A stretch of DNA of 64,000 bases from an uncultured Ruminococcus sp. GTDB taxonomy: Bacteria > Bacillota > Clostridia > Oscillospirales > Ruminococcaceae. The stretch spans positions 325,238 to 389,237 of the forward strand of contig CADALT010000001.1 in NCBI GenBank assembly GCA_902788785.1, in the 5' to 3' direction. Under the pieces are notes generated by a model, which had not been told where the DNA came from, did not search any database, and saw nothing but the letters and a program-made list of their open reading frames with translations. The position numbers and the translations under genes were made by a program. How positions within the stretch are numbered: position 1 is the first letter of the stretch; every line of letters begins with the position of its first letter. This document shows, piece after piece, positions 7,896 through 17,538 of this stretch.

Positions 7896-8759
7896 CTATA
7901 TCTTAATGAATTCCGCCTGATGTTTTTTAAAAACTGCCGCATATCCGAAGCCTGCCGACTTTGCAAGTTCTACGCCATCGGTTATCCCTTTGCCAAGGTC
8001 GGAAGTGCGGTGGGCATCGGAACCGAATGTTATTATCTCGCCGCCAAGTTCACGGTAAAGCTTTACAAGCTCGAATGTCGGGAAAGTCTGCCCGTATTTC
8101 TGCCGCAGACCCGAGGTATTGACCTCAATGCCCTTTCCGTTTGAGATAAGTGTCTTGAAGATCGACCTTATCAACTCCTCATACTTTAAAATATCCACCG
8201 AAACATTATGTTCACCGCAGATATATCTTAAAGGATAAGTAAGGTGACCCAGCACATCGAATTTGCCCCATTTACACATATCCAGCATCTGCAAAAAGCA
8301 ATCCGTCAGCAGTTTATCCAACTGTTCGGCAGACATTTTGCTGTAATCGAGGTAGTAAAAATCATCACAGCCCGAATTCATATGATGAGAACCGATAATA
8401 AAGTCAAGCCTTGGATCGGCTGCCATCTTCTCTGCGCCCTCGGGATACTGCAGAGGCTGACCAAGTTCAACGCCTACTCTAAGATCAAGTCTGCCTGCAA
8501 ACTTTTCTTTCAGCCTTACCTGTTCGGCGATGCTGTTTTCCGCATACTCCCCTGCGCCGTACATCATAGCATCTGTAACATCCTGCTTATCTGTGAAATA
8601 ATGCTCGGTAGGATACCAGAAATTGCAGTCGCAATGATCGGTAAGTGCATAAACTTCAAGTCCGAGTTCTGCCGCTTTTTCGCACATAGCTTCCGCACTA
8701 TCCTCCGCATCGGGTGAATAGCTGCTGTGGGTGTGCATATCAAACAGTATCTTTTCCAT
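7896..8759 (-). CDS. PHP-domain phosphoesterase (histidinol-phosphatase HisJ family)
   Basis: 287 aa. DMHTHSSYSPDA...ALTDHCD...GSHH...FGSDAH are the PHP metal-binding motifs. Confidence 0.8.
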   Translation of the reverse strand: MEKILFDMHTHSSYSPDAEDSAEAMCEKAAELGLEVYALTDHCDCNFWYPTEHYFTDKQDVTDAMMYGAGEYAENSIAEQVRLKEKFAGRLDLRVGVELGQPLQYPEGAEKMAADPRLDFIIGSHHMNSGCDDFYYLDYSKMSAEQLDKLLTDCFLQMLDMCKWGKFDVLGHLTYPLRYICGEHNVSVDILKYEELIRSIFKTLISNGKGIEVNTSGLRQKYGQTFPTFELVKLYRELGGEIITFGSDAHRTSDLGKGITDGVELAKSAGFGYAAVFKKHQAEFIKI

Positions 8760-8812
8760 GGTTTATCCTTTCTATCAAAAATGGGAAGAGCCGCCGACTC
8801 TTCCCACAAAGA

Positions 8813-10168
8813 TCAGTTTTTCAGTGAATGCAGAGGTGCAGGTATCTGACCGCCACGGTTGATGAACTTGCTTGCAGACTCCTTCTTCAAAGGCATAACA
8901 GGTCCGCAGCCGAACAGGCCGCCCCAGTCAAGCTCCTCACCAACGTCCTTACCGATAGCAGGTATGACTCTTACTGCGGTAGTCTTATTATTTACCATGC
9001 CGATAGCAGCTTCATCTGCGATGATAGCCGAAAGTGTATCCGCAGGGGTATCACCGGGAACAACTATCATATCCAGACCGACAGAGCATACTGCCGTCAT
9101 AGCTTCGAGCTTTTCGATACACAGCGCACCGCTCTTTGCGGCAGCTATCATGCCTGCATCTTCGGATACAGGGATAAATGCGCCCGAGAGTCCGCCGATA
9201 CGTGAGCAAGCCATAACGCCGCCCTTCTTGACAGCATCGTTGAGCATTGCAAGGCACGCAGTTGTGCCGTGAGTACCGCACTTTTCAAGACCTATCTCCT
9301 CAAGGATATGAGCAACGGAGTCGCCCACAGCGGGAGTAGGTGCCAGAGAAAGGTCAACTATACCGAAAGGCACGCCGAGTCTCTCGGAAGCTATTGTGCC
9401 CACCAACTGACCAACTCTTGTGATCTTATAGGATATCTCTTTGATAACATCAGCAATACCTGTGATATCAGCATCGGGATATTTTTTGAGTGCAGCTCTC
9501 ACAACGCCGGGGCCCGAAACGCCGACATTTATCATGCAGTCAGGTTCGCCAACGCCGTGGAAAGCACCTGCCATAAATGGGTTATCCTCAACAGCATTGC
9601 AGAATACGACCAGCTTCGCTGCACCAAAGCAAGCGGAGTCGATGGTCTTTTCAGCGCACTCTCTTATGATGCCGCCCATGAGCTTAACAGCATCAAGGTT
9701 GATACCTGTTTTTGTTGAACCGATATTAACGGAAGAACATACTCTCTCCGTAGTAGCCAGTGCCTCGGGAATAGACTTGATAAGCTCTATATCACCTGCG
9801 GAGAAGCCCTTGGGAACAAGCGCAGTATATCCGCCGATGAGGTTAACGCCAACATCTTTTGCGGCTCTGTCCATAGCGTGCGCAAACTTAACAGGTGAAC
9901 CCTTGCAGGCTGCTGACACGATAGCTATGGGTGTTACGGAGATACGCTTATTGATGATCGGGATACCCAGTTCCTTCTCGATCTGCTCACCGACCTTAAC
10001 AAGATCCTTAGCCTTAGTAGTGATCTTAGTGTAGACTTTCTCGCAAGCCTTGTCGATATCGCTGTCGATACAATCGAGCAGAGAAATACCCATTGTTATA
10101 GTACGTATGTCAAGACAATCGTCCTGTATCATACGGATGGTTTCAAGAATATCATATACATTTATCAT
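8813..10168 (-). CDS. UPF0210 / PFL-like family protein (DUF711)
   Basis: 451 aa. [33 protein letters not shown] is the characteristic N-terminus. It is paired with the upstream ACT protein, as in other Firmicutes. Confidence 0.85.
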   Translation of the reverse strand: MINVYDILETIRMIQDDCLDIRTITMGISLLDCIDSDIDKACEKVYTKITTKAKDLVKVGEQIEKELGIPIINKRISVTPIAIVSAACKGSPVKFAHAMDRAAKDVGVNLIGGYTALVPKGFSAGDIELIKSIPEALATTERVCSSVNIGSTKTGINLDAVKLMGGIIRECAEKTIDSACFGAAKLVVFCNAVEDNPFMAGAFHGVGEPDCMINVGVSGPGVVRAALKKYPDADITGIADVIKEISYKITRVGQLVGTIASERLGVPFGIVDLSLAPTPAVGDSVAHILEEIGLEKCGTHGTTACLAMLNDAVKKGGVMACSRIGGLSGAFIPVSEDAGMIAAAKSGALCIEKLEAMTAVCSVGLDMIVVPGDTPADTLSAIIADEAAIGMVNNKTTAVRVIPAIGKDVGEELDWGGLFGCGPVMPLKKESASKFINRGGQIPAPLHSLKN

Positions 10169-10186
10169 TTGTCAGAGATCCTCTCG

Positions 10187-10456
10187 TTAAATATGGTGCA
10201 TACAGTTGAAAATATCCTCATGCATAACGTGTACCTTTACGCCCAGTTCATCACCAAGGGCTGTAAGGCTGTCGGAAAGCGCAGCAAAATCTGTATTGAG
10301 CTTTGAGATATCCACTACCATTATCATAGCAAAAAGCTCCTGAAGTACAGACTGAGTTACCTCCTCAACGTTAGCGTTCATCTCTGCACACTTGGTGCTG
10401 ACCTTTGCAAGGATACCTACTGTGTCCTTACCGATAACAGTTACAACTGCTCTCAT
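10187..10456 (-). CDS. ACT domain protein (UPF0237)
   Basis: 89 aa, MRAVVTVIGKDTVGILAKVS... The pairing with UPF0210 is conserved. Confidence 0.85.
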   Translation of the reverse strand: MRAVVTVIGKDTVGILAKVSTKCAEMNANVEEVTQSVLQELFAMIMVVDISKLNTDFAALSDSLTALGDELGVKVHVMHEDIFNCMHHI

Positions 10457-10546
10457 ATATATAACCGCCTTTCAATATTTGTTATTAACCTATATATTAT
10501 ACCACATAATAACTCTTTTGCCAATAGGCTAAACTTTAACATTTTA

Positions 10547-11713
10547 TTAACGCAAGAGAACTATCTTTCTGGTGTAATCGCTTATAAACTCCGGTCTGCC
10601 CTTTACGGAAAGCTGCTGAAGACTAACGGCACTGCGTTCAAGCTCGGATATCCTTGCGGCTCTCGACGAGATCTTTTCGAGCTTTGAAAGTGATGTATCA
10701 TACACTACATTTGTATCAAGTGACGCTGCCAATATCTCCCTGCCACGGTCATTCAAGGCAAGTATCCTTCCATAGGGTACATCGAAAAGATCCCGTGATG
10801 TGACACCCAGCGCCAGATACATCAGCATCCTGCGTATCCTTGCAAAAGTAATGCTCTTATTCTTGAACAGCTTGGCGAAATCCTCGGGAGTGCGGATAAG
10901 ATCGCACCTGGTGTCCCTCGTGTTCATAAAGCGTCTTACAAGATGAGTAGTCATATCGGGCAGCCTCGAAAGCTCGCTGCTCTCGGCTGTCATTATTTTC
11001 AAAAGCAGCGCCTTATCGCTGTTTTCAAGCAAAAAAGGTTCGCCTGAAAGCTTTGCAGGCACAAAATCACCATAGTCCTCACCAGCTGCTATCAGCTCCC
11101 TGATATGGGAAGCACTGGCTATGGTTTCGGATGTGATACTGCTGTCATGGGCTGCATCACGGCGTCTGACAGGAACAGATATCATCCACGGAGAATATTT
11201 TTCGATCGCCTTGATATACTCCACCGCAAGCAGGTCATTTGGTGACTCAAAAACCTTGGATATGGCAGGTATGCCTGCGGCAGTCGCCATAGCAGCAGGA
11301 TAGGATACGCCCTTTTCAAGCTGGTCTCTCACTAACTGAGAATCCGAAAGCTCTTTTGAAAGTTCTGCACCCTTGTTCAGGACACGTATATCATCTATCT
11401 CACAGCCAAAGGACAGCAGAGTTACCACGCCCTCGCCCAGACCAGCCAGAAGCTGTATCGCCGCAGATGCAAAACGCTCGGCACTGGAACAGGAGTAGGG
11501 ACAAGGCAGCTCGACCACAAGGTCTGCACCGTTCTCGATGGCTGTACGGGCACGCTCAAACTTGTCTGCTACGGCAATATCACCACGCTGCACAGCCGCA
11601 CCGCTCATGACGGCAACGATATGCGTAGCCCCCATAAGGCGGGTCTGTTCAAGATGATATTTATGTCCGTTATGGAATGGGTTATATTCAGCTACAACTC
11701 CCGCTATCCTCAT
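10547..11713 (-). CDS. tmcAL: Nucleotidyltransferase, tRNA(Met) cytidine acetate ligase (TmcAL/YlbM-like)
   Basis: MRIAGVVAEYNPFHNGHKYHLEQTR is the family N-terminus. The start is trimmed to ATG 11713 (gcaggaggacaagctATG). Confidence 0.8.
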   Translation of the reverse strand: MRIAGVVAEYNPFHNGHKYHLEQTRLMGATHIVAVMSGAAVQRGDIAVADKFERARTAIENGADLVVELPCPYSCSSAERFASAAIQLLAGLGEGVVTLLSFGCEIDDIRVLNKGAELSKELSDSQLVRDQLEKGVSYPAAMATAAGIPAISKVFESPNDLLAVEYIKAIEKYSPWMISVPVRRRDAAHDSSITSETIASASHIRELIAAGEDYGDFVPAKLSGEPFLLENSDKALLLKIMTAESSELSRLPDMTTHLVRRFMNTRDTRCDLIRTPEDFAKLFKNKSITFARIRRMLMYLALGVTSRDLFDVPYGRILALNDRGREILAASLDTNVVYDTSLSKLEKISSRAARISELERSAVSLQQLSVKGRPEFISDYTRKIVLLR

Positions 11714-11896
11714 AGCTTGTCCTCCTGCATCATATCTGCAACTAAATCTGGCAAAAAAATTGTGCAATAAGTATATTTAAGCAAAACAGACTTGAAATTT
11801 ATCTCAATAATTGTTATACTATCATTATATGATATTAGAGCTGTATTGTCAAGCCCGATATCACATCTATCAAAATTCGAGAGGAGTATTTTTCCA

Positions 11897-13093
11897 ATGA
11901 AAATTCTGGTTGTTAATGCTGGTTCTTCCTCACTGAAGTATCAGCTGCTGAACATGGAGGACGAGAGCGTTATCGCTAAGGGCAACTGCGACCGTATAGG
12001 TATCGACGGTCACGTAAGCGCCAAGACAGGCGACGGCAGAAGCTTTGAGGCTGACTGCAACTTCCCTACACACACTGAGGCTTTTGAGAAGCTTGTCGAG
12101 GTACTGACAAGCGGCGAGACTAAGGTCATCGATTCTATGGACGAGATCTCCGCAGTTGGTCACAGAATAGTGCAGGGTGCTGAGATATTCAGAGAGACTT
12201 GCGCTGTTACCGATGAGGTAATCGACAAGATCGACAGCCTGGCTGAGCTGGCACCTGTACATAACCATCCTCATGCACTGGCTCTGAGAGCTTGTAAGGC
12301 TGTTCTGCCCGAGGGTACTCCTCAGGCTGTTGTATTCGATACAGCTTTCCACGCAACAATGCCCAGAAAGGCTTTCCTGTTCGGTCTGCCTTATGACTGC
12401 TACACCGAACTGCACGTAAGAAAGTACGGCTTCCATGGCACATCTCACAGATTTGTTTCCGGTGAGCTGGCAAGAGTTATGGGCAAGAAGCCCGAGGAAC
12501 TGAAGATAGTTTCATGTCACCTGGGCAACGGTTCTTCCATCACAGCTGTTGACGGCGGTAAGTCCGTAGATACATCCATGGGCTTTACTCCTCTGGACGG
12601 TCTGGTAATGGGTACACGCTGCGGTTCTGTTGACCCTTCCGCTGTTGAGTTCGTAGCTAAGAAGAAGGGCTTTACTCCTGATGAGATGACAGCTTACATG
12701 AACAAGCAGTCAGGCTTCCTGGGTGTTTCGGGCATAAGCTCCGACAACAGAGATATCCAGAAGGCTGCTGAAGAGGGCAACGAGCAGGCACAGGCTGTCA
12801 GCGAGATGCTCACATATCAGATCAAGAAGTACATCGGTTCTTATGCAGCTGCTATGGGCGGTGTTGACGCTGTTCTGTTCACAGGCGGTATCGGTGAGAA
12901 CGCTCCCGAGGTAAGAGCTGAGGCTTGCGAAGGTCTGGAGTTCATGGGCATCAAGATCGATGCTGAAAAGAACAATTGCAGAGGCAAGCTGCAGGAGATC
13001 TCCACAGCTGATTCCAAGGTCAAGGTATACGTTATACCCACAAACGAGGAACTGCTCATCGCAAGAGATACTCTGGCACTTATCTCCAAGTAA
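11897..13093 (+). CDS. ackA: Acetate kinase
   Basis: MKILVVNAGSSSLKYQL...GFHGTSH...SCHLGNGSS...EELLIARDT. ATG at 11897 with GAGGAG upstream. Confidence 0.95.
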   Translation: MKILVVNAGSSSLKYQLLNMEDESVIAKGNCDRIGIDGHVSAKTGDGRSFEADCNFPTHTEAFEKLVEVLTSGETKVIDSMDEISAVGHRIVQGAEIFRETCAVTDEVIDKIDSLAELAPVHNHPHALALRACKAVLPEGTPQAVVFDTAFHATMPRKAFLFGLPYDCYTELHVRKYGFHGTSHRFVSGELARVMGKKPEELKIVSCHLGNGSSITAVDGGKSVDTSMGFTPLDGLVMGTRCGSVDPSAVEFVAKKKGFTPDEMTAYMNKQSGFLGVSGISSDNRDIQKAAEEGNEQAQAVSEMLTYQIKKYIGSYAAAMGGVDAVLFTGGIGENAPEVRAEACEGLEFMGIKIDAEKNNCRGKLQEISTADSKVKVYVIPTNEELLIARDTLALISK

Positions 13094-13106
13094 TTCGGAT
13101 AATATC

Positions 13107-13143
13107 AGGCTCTCCCAAGTGATTAGGGAGAGCCTTTTATTAT
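13107..13143 (+). terminator. Rho-independent terminator of ackA
   Basis: Stem aggctctccc / gggagagcct, followed by TTTTATTAT. Confidence 0.85.
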
Positions 13144-13161
13144 AACACAGTTATTATACAG

Positions 13162-13199
13162 AATAAAAAGCGGAGATCTTTATCAATAAAGTTCTCCGC
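13162..13199 (-). terminator. Rho-independent terminator of the PPK2 gene
   Basis: Stem gcggaga / tctccgc, with UUUUUAUUC following on the minus strand. Confidence 0.7.
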
Positions 13200-13213
13200 C
13201 AAAATATCATATA

Positions 13214-14737
13214 TCAGATCTTATCCAGTTCCAGCAGTCTGTTTTCAAGACGCTTGCATATGGTCTTCAAAGCCTTGATACGGGCATACTTTTTATCGTT
13301 GCCCTCGACTATCGTCCAGGGAGCATAGTTCGTTGAAGTCAGCTCAACCATGCGGTCAACAGCACTTTCGTACTCGTCCCACTTTTCACGGTTGCGCCAG
13401 TCTTCGTCGGTTATCTTCCACTGTTTCGAGGGAGTGTTCTCACGTTCCTTGAAACGGCGGTACTGCTCGTCCTTATCTATATTTATCCAGAACTTTATAA
13501 CAACTGCACCCCATTCGGTCAGCTGATATTCAAACTCGTTTATCTCCTGATAAGCCATATCAGCTCGTTCTTTCGGGGTTATTTTTTCTATGGGCTCTAC
13601 CATGACTCTGCCGTACCAGGTGCGGTCGAATATGGTAAAATGTCCGTCATTTTCAAGCCTTGTCCAAAAACGCCACAGATAATGCCTTGCCAGTTCGGAA
13701 GGTTCGGGTGCAGCTATGGGCTTTACCTCATAACCTCTCGGGTCAAGGGCAGAAGCCACACGCTTGATATTACCGCCTTTTCCGCCTGCATCCCAGCCCT
13801 CATAGGCTATGATGACAGGTATCTTGCGCTGATAACAGCGGTTCTGAAGTTCAAAAAGTCTGGTCTGGTACTTTTCGAGCTTAGCTGCGTACTCCTCCTC
13901 TGACAATGACTTATCCATATCGACTTCGGAAAGCTTCTTGAACTTTGCCATTTTAAATTCAGGTCTGTTGTATTCTATCACAGGGAATTCAGGCTTATCA
14001 CGGAACATCTCGCCCTTTTCCTTAGCAGCACAAGCACCTTTTATCGCATTTGTAACGGTCATCATAATGGAAAACTGCGCTGTGACCTTATCATTTGCTG
14101 CAATGATATGCCATGGTGCAAAGTCGGTATTTGTGCGCATAAGGGTCTTGTCGTAGCGTTTGAAAAATTTCTCATAGTTCTCATTGTTGAGTATATCCTG
14201 TGCGTTCACCCTCCAGCGGGTTATCTCGGAACTGCTGAGTTTCTGCAAACGCTTTGTCTGTTCGTCCTTTGTGATGTGGAGGAAGAATTTGATGATGAGA
14301 TAACCATCGTCTGCCAGCTGACGTTCAAAGGTCTTGATGTCCTCGATACGCTCTTTATACTTAGCCTTGTTTATCTCGCCGAACATATAGGCATTGACCG
14401 TATCACGGTACCAGCTGCCGTCAAGTATCAAAAACTCGCCCTGCTTTGGCAGTCTCTGCCAGAAACGGTGCATCCAGGGCTTGCGCAGTTCGACCTCGTT
14501 CGGTGTACGTATGGACTCGACATTATAAAAACGTGGATCCATATACTTTATAAGCTTGGCTATCTGCGAGCCTTTACCTGCTGCCGACCAGCCGTCAATG
14601 GTGATGATGACAGGTATCTTTGCGTTCTTTGCAGCATTGGCAAGGTCGATGAGTTCATTCCGCATTGCGGTGAGTTCTCCCATCGCATCAGCCTTTTTGG
14701 TCTTTTTCTGCTCAATGGTCTCAAGCATCTTTTTCAC
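13214..14737 (-). CDS. Two-domain polyphosphate kinase 2 family protein (polyphosphate:AMP/nucleotide phosphotransferase)
   Basis: 507 aa with two PPK2 repeats. Each has a Walker-A-like motif: DGWSAAGKGS and EGWDAGGKGG. Confidence 0.85.
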   Translation of the reverse strand: MKKMLETIEQKKTKKADAMGELTAMRNELIDLANAAKNAKIPVIITIDGWSAAGKGSQIAKLIKYMDPRFYNVESIRTPNEVELRKPWMHRFWQRLPKQGEFLILDGSWYRDTVNAYMFGEINKAKYKERIEDIKTFERQLADDGYLIIKFFLHITKDEQTKRLQKLSSSEITRWRVNAQDILNNENYEKFFKRYDKTLMRTNTDFAPWHIIAANDKVTAQFSIMMTVTNAIKGACAAKEKGEMFRDKPEFPVIEYNRPEFKMAKFKKLSEVDMDKSLSEEEYAAKLEKYQTRLFELQNRCYQRKIPVIIAYEGWDAGGKGGNIKRVASALDPRGYEVKPIAAPEPSELARHYLWRFWTRLENDGHFTIFDRTWYGRVMVEPIEKITPKERADMAYQEINEFEYQLTEWGAVVIKFWINIDKDEQYRRFKERENTPSKQWKITDEDWRNREKWDEYESAVDRMVELTSTNYAPWTIVEGNDKKYARIKALKTICKRLENRLLELDKI

Positions 14738-14778
14738 TCCTTGTTTTCAAGATAAATTGCTGTATTATAGTAGTGAGA

Positions 14779-15012
14779 TCATGACTTGGCTCTCAGCAGT
14801 TTGCTGATGTCTCGGTCATAAACGTAGTCGGGTCTTACAAAAGTTTCGATCTTATCCCAGTCGAACATCCTGCACAGCAGGTCAACAAAGTTATCGTTCT
14901 TTCGGTCATAAAGCTTTTCGGCTTCATCCAGCTGCTTTTTAAGTTCGGAATACTCCCTGGGTCTGCCGATCAGCTGCGTATCCTCTTTGTAATACTCGAT
15001 CTCTAAAATCAT
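14779..15012 (-). CDS. Hypothetical small protein
   Basis: The ORF is 14779..15045, but ATG 15012 has AAGGAG 7 nt upstream. 77 aa, no recognisable motif. Confidence 0.45.
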   Translation of the reverse strand: MILEIEYYKEDTQLIGRPREYSELKKQLDEAEKLYDRKNDNFVDLLCRMFDWDKIETFVRPDYVYDRDISKLLRAKS

Positions 15013-15035
15013 AAGCAACTCCTTTTCTATTCTGT

Positions 15036-15494
15036 TTACAGCCACCTGATGAACGCAGTCTTATCGTGACTGTTGTAGCCTGCACGCTCGTAAAAACGCA
15101 GCGTACTCTCCTTTTTGGAACCTGTAAGCAGCATCATCTTATAACAGCCCTCCGCCTGTGCTATCTCGCAGGCTTTATCAAGGCAAGCAGTTGCAAGTCC
15201 CCTGCCACGGTGAGATACATCAGTTATAACGTTCTCCACGAATGCATAGGGACGCTGGGAATGGGTAAGATTAGGGATAATAACGCATACGCATGATGAA
15301 ACAATCTTTCCTTCTTCCTCAGCCACGATGATATGGTGATCCTTATCTTCAAGGATACGCTGCCATATCCCCAGCACACGCTCATCCTTTTCGGGAAAAG
15401 GGTTGTCGTGCAGCTGCATATAAAGTTCCATAAGACCGTCAAAATCATCCTCACTTATCTCCCTGATAAGCAAATTATCACCTCCGTTTGCCAT
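15036..15494 (-). CDS. GNAT family N-acetyltransferase
   Basis: 152 aa with an acetyl-CoA motif region VSHRGRGLATACLDKA. Confidence 0.8.
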   Translation of the reverse strand: MANGGDNLLIREISEDDFDGLMELYMQLHDNPFPEKDERVLGIWQRILEDKDHHIIVAEEEGKIVSSCVCVIIPNLTHSQRPYAFVENVITDVSHRGRGLATACLDKACEIAQAEGCYKMMLLTGSKKESTLRFYERAGYNSHDKTAFIRWL

Positions 15495-15757
15495 ATACCT
15501 CTATCTCATTAACACCACAGCAAAATACAGCTCCAAAAGCTCATACTATCTGCTGATGGATACTTTGCAGCCGGTGTTAGAGTATACATATTGTGCCTTA
15601 ATTTAAATCTACCTACTATATATTATAAACAATTATTTCCATAAAGTATATTGACAATTTTCATAAAAAAACTGCTTTCATTTTGTTAATTAGGAGTTCA
15701 TAAGAATGAGATATAATAGTTGAAACATTTATAATATTATTATTTCGGGAGAGTAAC

Positions 15758-16738
15758 ATGGCTGATAAGAAAAAAATAAACATAGAAAACATGAAGATCG
15801 ACGAGGATGATTACGAATACGAAAAAAAACTGGCAGAGCAAGAGCGTGAACGTCAGCGGCTGCTCGAAGAAAAGGCTGCACAGCGCAGGGCTGAGGCTAA
15901 AAAGAGAAAGCGTGACGCAGAAAAACAGCGTGAGGAACAGATACGACAGGAAAAGCTTGAGCTTTTAAAGCTAAAAAGCGGTATCGAGGACGAGGAGGAT
16001 TCTTCATTCACTAAGAGTGAAGAGGTTATCGAAAAGCCCACGGGCATGGCTGCGGTATCGAATTTCTGGTATCATTACAAAACGATAGTTATTGTATGCT
16101 CGGTGATATGCGCAATGGTCGGATATGCGGTTTATACACAAGTCACCAGAAAACGTGATGACCTGACCATAATACTGACTTCGACCTGCGGACTTGAAGA
16201 AAAGGGTGAAGAGCTTGAAAAGTTCTTTGAAAAATATACAGACGATGTGGACGGCAACGGATATGTCCATGTGGGCATAATCGATGTGCCCATGAACCCC
16301 ATAATGGACGAGAATATGCAGAACACTTATATGCAGAAGCTTTCAGCACAGTTGCAGATAGGTGAAGGCATGATAATGATAACCGACTCCTACACCAAGC
16401 CCGAATGTGTTGAACTTCTTAAAGACGACCTGGAAAAAGATTTCCCGGGAAACAAGTACATAGATGAAAAGGGATTCAGCTTTGACTCGAAGGTAATGGC
16501 TGAAGAACTTGATTTCGATATGCTGCCAAATGATGTGCATATGTCCATAAGAAAGCCGATTGAGACCATGTCTCTGGACGCTGATGAAGCTCAGGAGCTT
16601 TATGACCGGAGCTATGTGGTATTTGAGAGGATAGTTAATGACATCACTCAAAAGTGCGAAGAGACTAACGATCCCGGGCTTGAAATGGGTCCTGTGCAGT
16701 ACGTGACAGACAGTTCTGCCGAAATGACATTACAGTGA
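15758..16738 (+). CDS. Membrane-anchored protein of unknown function with highly charged N-terminal coiled-coil region
   Basis: 326 aa. Residues ~20-75 are K/E/R/Q rich (EQERERQRLLEEKAAQRRAEAKKRKRDAEKQREEQIRQEKLE). One TM segment (IVIVCSVICAMVGYAVY) is followed by a ~200-aa extracytoplasmic domain. Confidence 0.6.
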   Translation: MADKKKINIENMKIDEDDYEYEKKLAEQERERQRLLEEKAAQRRAEAKKRKRDAEKQREEQIRQEKLELLKLKSGIEDEEDSSFTKSEEVIEKPTGMAAVSNFWYHYKTIVIVCSVICAMVGYAVYTQVTRKRDDLTIILTSTCGLEEKGEELEKFFEKYTDDVDGNGYVHVGIIDVPMNPIMDENMQNTYMQKLSAQLQIGEGMIMITDSYTKPECVELLKDDLEKDFPGNKYIDEKGFSFDSKVMAEELDFDMLPNDVHMSIRKPIETMSLDADEAQELYDRSYVVFERIVNDITQKCEETNDPGLEMGPVQYVTDSSAEMTLQ

Positions 16739-16776
16739 TATCAAGGCAGTACGTTAAAAATCATTTTATAAAACAA

Positions 16777-16812
16777 AAGGTGAACCATCGCAAAGATAGT
16801 TCACCTTTTTAT
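16777..16812. terminator. Bidirectional terminator between convergent genes
   Basis: Stem aaaggtgaac / gttcaccttt, followed by TTTTAT. Confidence 0.75.
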
Positions 16813-16829
16813 ATGCTTTTTTGTATGTA

Positions 16830-17072
16830 TCACTGCTGACCTGCCGCATCTGAGAGCAGTTCTCTCAGGGCATTGAAAAGCTCTTTATCATCAGCATTGA
16901 TCTTCAGGCTTGCCTCTATCTTCTGACCTGCGGCATTAGTCACCTTTATGTCGATAGAGCCGCCTTCGTCGATACCCGTAGCTGCGGTGTGCAGAAACTG
17001 CGGGAATTTAGGGTGATTGTACCTGAATTTTTCGATCAGGGGTTTTAACTTCAACATTGCCATTGGGTTCAT
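16830..17072 (-). CDS. Hypothetical small protein
   Basis: 80-aa ORF with no motif I recognise. It is co-directional with the next gene. Confidence 0.45.
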   Translation of the reverse strand: MNPMAMLKLKPLIEKFRYNHPKFPQFLHTAATGIDEGGSIDIKVTNAAGQKIEASLKINADDKELFNALRELLSDAAGQQ

Positions 17073-17096
17073 TTTACTTACCTCCGAATTTTACAT

Positions 17097-17534
17097 TTAT
17101 TCAAATATGATCCTGAATTTACATTCTTTATCTCCCGATAGGACGGTTTCCAGCTGTTCAACCTTAATTTTAGAGCCTTGCCATATGCTTTCAGCCACAT
17201 ATATTATGCTCTGTCTTGAACATTCACACAACACAGGCGTATCCACTCCGAGATCATTATGGAGATCACAGCCGCACTCAGGGAAATACATATAGTATTC
17301 CGTCATTGAAGTAACAACTTCGCCTCTAACGCCGCCTAATTCGCTTAAACTTCGATAAAAAGCATCTCAGTCTCCGTTTACTTTTTTATATAACTTTTGA
17401 TAAGATATGAGTACGCCCGTATCTGCGCAGGCTTTGGCACATTGCTGCAAAAGACAGCTCCTGCTGTCTTTATCAAGCTCATTCAAGCCGTTTTCAAATC
17501 CCTTTGCCCAACTGCATAAGAATGATCTGTCCAT
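17097..17534 (-). pseudogene. Cys-rich small protein gene (145 codons) interrupted by an in-frame TGA
   Basis: My translation of the minus strand from ATG 17532..17534 gives MDRSFLCSWAKGFENGLNELDKDSRSCLLQQCAKACADTGVLISYQKLYKKVNGD-TGA(17367..17369)-DAFYRSLSELGGVRGEVVTS. This runs in frame into the listed 69-aa ORF (MTEYYMYFPECGCDLHND...LCECS...). The listed ORF has no convincing RBS of its own. Confidence 0.55.
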
Positions 17535-17538
17535 AGGT

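Noticed and set aside
14779-15494. The GNAT acetyltransferase plus adjacent small ORF as a GNAT-toxin/antitoxin pair (TacT/AtaT-like)
   Set aside because: The gene order is reversed relative to known systems, where the antitoxin comes first. The small protein shows no RHH/HTH-like motif, and there is no overlap coupling. The evidence is insufficient.
17367-17369. The in-frame TGA as a selenocysteine codon
   Set aside because: The flanking context is D-[TGA]-D rather than a redox CxxU/UxxC motif. I could not fold a convincing SECIS-like hairpin in the ~40 nt downstream. A nonsense mutation or sequencing error seems more likely.
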